Assembly: GCA_037305845.1 (NCBI GenBank)
Contig: CP147778.1
Coordinates: forward strand, 896,001-960,000
DNA length: 64,000 nt
From: Candidatus Freyarchaeum deiterrae
GTDB taxonomy: Archaea > Asgardarchaeota > Jordiarchaeia > Jordiarchaeales > Jordiarchaeaceae
Reading direction: 5' to 3'
Below are positions 58,869 through 64,000 of the stretch, piece by piece (position 1 is the first letter of the stretch; each line of letters begins with the position of its first letter). The notes below the pieces were generated by a model, which worked only from the letters and a program-made list of their open reading frames with translations, searched no databases and was not told the origin of the DNA. Position numbers and translations under genes: made by a program.

Positions 58869-60407
58869 ATGCTGCCCGCTGAACTTTTAATTTCCAAAAT
58901 CTGGGGAAAAAACATAACACCCGTTTTCTCCCCCCTCAACGAGGAACAAACAGCCATTGCGGAAGAGATTATAAAAACATTTAAGGAGCATAAAGGAAGA
59001 AAGCAAGGCGAGTTATCAGAGGTACTTGACGGGTTTGAAGAAGGACTCAATTACAGGTTTATCCGTGGATTACGTGTCCTCCTAGAAAGAAAGTGTAGAT
59101 TCGAAAGTGTCAGTCCCCTGAACCCCGTGGAAGCTAGAAGAATAGTATTTGAAGAATCCAACAAGTTAGGTGTAGTTACCGACGGGGAAAAAAGAGCAAA
59201 AGTATTAAACAATGCAGCATCCATCCTAGGAGTCACCGTCGATAACTTGGAGGAGTCACTTTGGGCGGATTACGAGCCAGAACTAATACTCAGTGAGTTC
59301 GACGAAATCGAGCCCGTTGAACTCCTAAAATGGTACAATCTCTCTCTGGCTCAAACCCTACTATTCAGCGCCACAAACATGGAAATCACTGTTAAATCTG
59401 GTTACCAAGAGCTATTCAGAGCGATAAAATACTATAAGTTAATGTACACAGCAGAATCACACGACGACAACTTTGTAATAAACATAGAAGGCACAGTATC
59501 TCTCCTAAAGCTAACCGAACGCTACGGCACATCAATAGCAAAAGTTCTCCCCGCAATTATTTCAGGGAAGGAATGGCAAATAAAGGCAAACATACTAAGA
59601 AAAGGTCTACAGAAGAACCCCCGAATATACGAGTTCATAATGAATGAAAAAGAAGGAGAAAAACTAATGACCAGAAAAACCATAGAAACCGAGCAATTTG
59701 ACAGCAGAGTAGAAGAAGACTTCTACCACAGATTCAAAGCCCTAAAAACAGGATGGACAATAACCAGAGAACCAGAACCACTGATAAGCGGATTAACAGT
59801 AATGATACCAGACTTCGGCTTCGAAAAAGAAGGCATGAAAATACTCATGGAAATCGTAGGATTCTGGACAGAAAAATACCTCGAAAGAAAAATCGCCAAA
59901 CTGGAAAAAATCAACCAAGAACTAATCCTAGCCATCGACGAAAACCTAGCCTGCTCATCCTTCGAAAACATCCCGGGAAAAATAATATACTACAAGAAGA
60001 AAGTACCCCTAAAACCAGTAGTCGAAATACTAAAGAAGCTTGAACAAGGCAAAGAAAACCAAGACATCGCAAAATTAACAATCGCCACAATTCAACTAAA
60101 AGAAGATGCAGTACCCCTAAAAGAAATATCCAAAAAACACAAAGTCAGTCTAGAAGCGATTAGAAAAACCATCAATGTAAAAGGTTATAGATTGATTGGA
60201 AACACAATGATAAGCGAAAGAATGCTAGAGAAACTAGGCGAAGAGTTAGAAAAACTCTCCATAAAAACCCGCACCGAAGCAGCAGAACTCTTCAAGAAAA
60301 ATGGCATAACCGAAGTAGACCAGTTACTCGAAGCCCTAGGCTACAGAGTCATATGGTCCTCACTAGATACAGAAAACGTACCAATAATCAAAAGTAAGAA
60401 AGAGTAA
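58869..60407 (+). CDS. bax1: Bax1/DUF790 endonuclease, XPB partner
   Basis: YNLSLAQTLLF, RYGTSIA, FDSRVEEDF, REPEPL, IPDF, EIVGFWT..YL. Confidence 0.9.
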   Translation: MLPAELLISKIWGKNITPVFSPLNEEQTAIAEEIIKTFKEHKGRKQGELSEVLDGFEEGLNYRFIRGLRVLLERKCRFESVSPLNPVEARRIVFEESNKLGVVTDGEKRAKVLNNAASILGVTVDNLEESLWADYEPELILSEFDEIEPVELLKWYNLSLAQTLLFSATNMEITVKSGYQELFRAIKYYKLMYTAESHDDNFVINIEGTVSLLKLTERYGTSIAKVLPAIISGKEWQIKANILRKGLQKNPRIYEFIMNEKEGEKLMTRKTIETEQFDSRVEEDFYHRFKALKTGWTITREPEPLISGLTVMIPDFGFEKEGMKILMEIVGFWTEKYLERKIAKLEKINQELILAIDENLACSSFENIPGKIIYYKKKVPLKPVVEILKKLEQGKENQDIAKLTIATIQLKEDAVPLKEISKKHKVSLEAIRKTINVKGYRLIGNTMISERMLEKLGEELEKLSIKTRTEAAELFKKNGITEVDQLLEALGYRVIWSSLDTENVPIIKSKKE

Positions 60408-60622
60408 AATTTCTCTTAAACACTATTTATAGATAGTCTGCCCTACAAAATAGAAGTGCAAAGCTGCATAAATCGGTATATTTTGTAAATTAGATTAGTT
60501 TCCGCTTCCTAGTCGGTCTCCCCCTAGAGGAGATAAAAACCATAAAATTTAATTCCTCCAGTTTTGAATTAATACCTAATTCTTATTATAGTGATGATAA
60601 TAAATTATTCGGAGGCGAGATT

Positions 60623-61050
60623 ACGGTCAAAAGATTAGCTGTAGTTGACATAGACCGATGCACAGGCTGCGCCCTGTGTACATTTTCGCATGTACTAGGC
60701 GCTTTGGTGTTGGTGGTCTTGGGAAGAGCGACATTTTTGTGAAGTCTTTGGGTGGTGTTGAGAGGGGTTTTGCTGTTGTTGTCTGTAGGGCGTGTAAGGA
60801 GGTTGCTCCTTGTGCTAAGGCTTGTCCTGTTGATGCGCTTGAATCTAGGAAGGGGTTGGGTGTTACTTTGAATAAGGATAAGTGTATTAGTTGCAGGAAG
60901 TGTGTTGAGGCGTGTCCTTTTGGTGCGGTTTTTTGGGATGAGGAGATTGATAAGCCGACGATATGTGTGTATTGTGGTATTTGTGCGAAGTATTGCCCGC
61001 ATGGAGTTATTGCTTGGGAGGAAATCAAAACTGGGAGTGAGGTGAGTTAA
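60623..61050 (+). pseudogene. 4Fe-4S ferredoxin subunit of AOR operon, frameshifted (or assembly error)
   Basis: ACG-VKRLAVVDIDRCTGCALC in one frame continues as IFACTRRFG in another; 11 rather than 9 nt between Cys codons at 60677 and 60691. Confidence 0.7.
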
Positions 61051-62811
61051 TTGTCTGAATTTTTGCCTTCGAATGTTTTGTATGTTGATTTATCTAAGCA
61101 TCTTCATAAGACGGAGAATAGGCATGAACTTTTTGAGGAGTATATTGGTGGAACTGGTGTAGCTACGCAGCTGTTGCTGGAGGAGTGTGAGAAGGGTGTT
61201 GATCCGCTTGGTCCGGGTAACGTGATAGTTTTTGCTGTGGGTCCTTTAGTTAACCTTTATCCTATGGCTTCTAAGACTGTGGCTATGTTTAAGTCTCCTC
61301 ATACTGGGAATCTGGGTGAGAGTCATGCTGGTGGTAGGAGTGCGGTGGCTATTAGGTCTGCGGGTTATGGTGCGATAGTGATAAAGGGGGTTAGTGAGAG
61401 TCCGGTTTACCTTGCTGTTCATGGGGATAAGGTGTTTTTCAGGGATGCTTCGGCTTATTGGGGTATGGATAGTACGCAGACTGTTGCTAGGGTTATTAGG
61501 GAGAATGAGCCGGGTTCTGGTGTTAGGACAATTATGAGGATTGGTAAGGCGGGGGAGAACCTTGTCACTTATGCGAGTTTGGTTACGGAGACTTACAGGC
61601 ATTTTGGTAGATTGGGGTTGGGGGCGGTTTTTGGAAGCAAGAGGCTGAAGGCGGTTCTGGTGTCTGGTAAGAAAACCGCTCCGGTAGCGGATATGAAGCT
61701 GTACAGGGAAGTTTATGACACCTTATTCAATGAGCAGACGAAGAAGTCTTCGGCGTTGCAGAAGTATCATGATTTGGGAACCGCTTCCAATATTCTGGTG
61801 TTGAATGAATTGAGGGGGTTGCCGACAAGAAATTTGGAGCAGGCTTTTTTTGAGAATGCGGAGGAAATTTCGGGAGAGAATTTGGCTGAGAAGTTTCTGG
61901 GTCGCCGGGTGGCGTGTGCTCATTGTCCGGTGGCCTGCATACATTTGGCAACTTTGAGGGAGCCTTATGTTGATGAGCCTTACTTTTATAAAACTACGTC
62001 GGTTTCCTACGATTATGAGCTGTTGTTTGCTCTCGGCTGCATGTTAGGGGTTTCGAGTGTTCATGGTGCCTTGAAGCTTTTTGATGGGGTTGAAAAGTGG
62101 GGTTTAGATGCTATGAGTACTGGTGTCGTTCTTGCTTGGGCTACGGAGGCGGTCGAGAAGGAACTCATATCAAAAGAAGAAACCCTAGGAATGGAGCCCA
62201 AATGGGGAGATCATGAAACTTATCTCAAAATGATGGAGTTAGTGGTGAATCAACCCAATGAATTTTACAAGTTTCTAGCTAGAGGAGTGGATAAAGCGGC
62301 GGAGAGGTACGGAGGCCTAGACTTCGCCTTAGCAATGGGTGGAAATGAGATGTCGGGGTATCACACTGGTCCAGCGGGCTACGTAGGGTTTTACACTGGG
62401 GCGAGACACAGCCACCTAGACTCAGGGGGATACAGTTTAGATCAGAAGGAGGTTGGCAAAACAGAAGTGCTGACTCCGCCAAACATCGTTGATAAACTCT
62501 TCAAGGAAGAGGTTTGGCGACAGATATTGTCCAGTCTCGTTATATGCTTTTTCGCTAGGGGCGTGTACACACCAGACATGGTTATTAAAGCACTGAAAAC
62601 GGTGAACCTGAACTTCAGCGAAGAGGACTTGATGAAACTCGGAGAAAAAATTCTCAAAGAGAAATATAAATTCAAGCTCCAAGAAGGATTCGATTTCAAC
62701 AACCTGAGAATACCCTCAAAAATACTGGAAATAGAATCTCCCCATAAAAAGATAAAAAGGGAAACCATTGAGGAAGCCATCAAACTCTACGCAGACAAAA
62801 TAAAGGCTTAA
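61051..62811 (+). CDS. Aldehyde:ferredoxin oxidoreductase family protein
   Basis: IGGTGVA, KSPHTG, GRLGLGAVFGSKRLKA, CAHCPVAC, DYE, GLDAMSTG. Confidence 0.92.
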   Translation: MSEFLPSNVLYVDLSKHLHKTENRHELFEEYIGGTGVATQLLLEECEKGVDPLGPGNVIVFAVGPLVNLYPMASKTVAMFKSPHTGNLGESHAGGRSAVAIRSAGYGAIVIKGVSESPVYLAVHGDKVFFRDASAYWGMDSTQTVARVIRENEPGSGVRTIMRIGKAGENLVTYASLVTETYRHFGRLGLGAVFGSKRLKAVLVSGKKTAPVADMKLYREVYDTLFNEQTKKSSALQKYHDLGTASNILVLNELRGLPTRNLEQAFFENAEEISGENLAEKFLGRRVACAHCPVACIHLATLREPYVDEPYFYKTTSVSYDYELLFALGCMLGVSSVHGALKLFDGVEKWGLDAMSTGVVLAWATEAVEKELISKEETLGMEPKWGDHETYLKMMELVVNQPNEFYKFLARGVDKAAERYGGLDFALAMGGNEMSGYHTGPAGYVGFYTGARHSHLDSGGYSLDQKEVGKTEVLTPPNIVDKLFKEEVWRQILSSLVICFFARGVYTPDMVIKALKTVNLNFSEEDLMKLGEKILKEKYKFKLQEGFDFNNLRIPSKILEIESPHKKIKRETIEEAIKLYADKIKA

Positions 62812-62872
62812 AGTAAGTAAGTCGCCGTTTATTAAAAACCCTCTCCTTTTTAGGAAGCCTTATGTTTTTTGG

Positions 62873-63040
62873 CTAGGTTTTTGTTCGTTTTTTATTTATA
62901 CGTTTCAGAGCGTTTTTTGCTGCTCTTCGGATATCATTTCCGTACCAGTTCTCATGGTAGTCGTCGAGGGGCCAATCATAATTTAGGGCCCAGTTTAGGG
63001 CTGTCACCGCTCTCTCATCTTCTATGATGAATGAAAAGGT
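62873..63040 (-). pseudogene. Probable HEAT/PBS-lyase repeat fragment
   Basis: IEDERAVTAL..AL.........DIRRAAKNAL.RI; single repeat, no convincing N-terminus. Confidence 0.4.
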
Positions 63041-63269
63041 ACACATATTTTTTAGAGGCGAACTCAAAAACTGTGACACAAGTGAATTACAAGGCGAATC
63101 AGGTAAACCCGAGACAAATTAGATTTTTATCTGTCAATAAAAATTTAATGCTGTCAATGGTTTCTCCGGGTTCAATTAACACAACCCTGTCAATAAAAAA
63201 GCACAAAAAGGCGGGATAAAGGTGAGGGAAAAAAGACAAATAATAATTTATTGTAGACTTTTTATTTGT

Positions 63270-63665
63270 TTACACCGTTTTTCTGCCCGCTCCGCAGCCA
63301 CTGCAACGGGTTTCATTCTTCTTATTCTCCGTTCTGCAGTATTCGCACGTCCACACGGCAAACTTATTACTTATTTCCGCGGCTTTATGTTCCGCGAAAG
63401 ATGCACTACAATTAGTGCATAGACCATTTGTGTATTTCAAGGGAAGTTTTGCTCCACATTCTAAACAGTGACGGAAACAATTCACGCAAAGTTTCTTCTT
63501 AGCCCAATCTTCGCCCAGATAAAAAGCCAATACCACACCATTAAGTCTAAGACCTTTTCGGTCAGTTCCCATTTCACCCAGGGGTTTCCTCATGAAAAAA
63601 TTTGTTACCGGTTTTCCACATTTCGCACAAATATCGGGACTTTTTTCTTTTGTTTTCTCATTCAT
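63270..63665 (-). CDS. Multi-zinc-finger protein with C-terminal RanBP2/NZF-type finger
   Basis: WTCEYCRTENKKNETRCSGC fits W-x-C-x2-C-x3-N-x6-C-x2-C; four further CxxC pairs. Confidence 0.8.
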   Translation of the reverse strand: MNEKTKEKSPDICAKCGKPVTNFFMRKPLGEMGTDRKGLRLNGVVLAFYLGEDWAKKKLCVNCFRHCLECGAKLPLKYTNGLCTNCSASFAEHKAAEISNKFAVWTCEYCRTENKKNETRCSGCGAGRKTV

Positions 63666-63686
63666 TTTTTATCGCCTTAATTTTAT

Positions 63687-64000
63687 TTATTTGTTCGTAG
63701 CCTTTCTAATCGCGCCACAAATACTGCAAATGGTGTCTTCCTTCTTATTCACGTTCTTGCAGTATTCACATGTCCACATGTTAAATTTATCACTCATTGT
63801 GCCAGTTTTATGTTCTCTAAAAATTGCGCTGCATCTTCCACATAGAAGAGTTTGCCGCTCAAGTTTCGCGCCGCATTCGAGGCAGTGAATTGAACAAGCG
63901 TTGCAGAGTTTCTTTTTAGCCCAATCTTCACCCAAATAATGGGTGTACATTTCAACATCAGGTGTCGCTCCAATACCAATCAGGGGGACGCGGGATATAG
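63687..64000 (-). CDS. Paralogous multi-zinc-finger protein with RanBP2-type finger (5' end beyond window)
   Basis: YLGEDWAKKKLC and WTCEYCKNVNKKEDTICSIC shared; frame open to the window end. Confidence 0.75.
   Translation of the reverse strand, partial: ISRVPLIGIGATPDVEMYTHYLGEDWAKKKLCNACSIHCLECGAKLERQTLLCGRCSAIFREHKTGTMSDKFNMWTCEYCKNVNKKEDTICSICGAIRKATNK

Noticed and set aside
60586-61951. Several long antisense ORFs rich in T/N/P/R
   Set aside because: Shadows of the G/T-skewed ferredoxin and AOR coding strand.

Overview
Archaeal chromosomal window, most consistent with a thermophilic, anaerobic Asgard archaeon. This is an inference from the mix of small GTPases, roadblock/LC7 proteins, a gelsolin-like protein and RanBP2-type zinc fingers with methanofuran genes (mfnB, mfnE), three tungsten AOR-family enzymes and a branched-chain polyamine synthase. 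The most striking locus is at the left edge. A HerA-NurA pair (NurA is missing from the ORF track and runs off the window) is transcribed divergently from six tandem paralogous winged-helix genes with different recognition helices. The AT-rich spacer between them holds two identically spaced CCTATCA-N27-TGATAG inverted repeats. Other notable items: a 2.45-kb tandem duplication of a WOR operon; two giant coiled-coil genes; a roadblock-wHTH/coiled-coil cluster; a Mer3/Brr2-like helicase with Zn ribbons whose 3' end was duplicated with a membrane gene and an internally inverted ~100-bp segment; a 200-bp IS200/IS605 derivative retaining the TnpB omega-RNA end; two apparent ACG start codons; and a G+T to A+C skew switch inside transcription units. 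No rRNA, tRNA or CRISPR array was recognised. All calls come from motif reading only; no searches were run.
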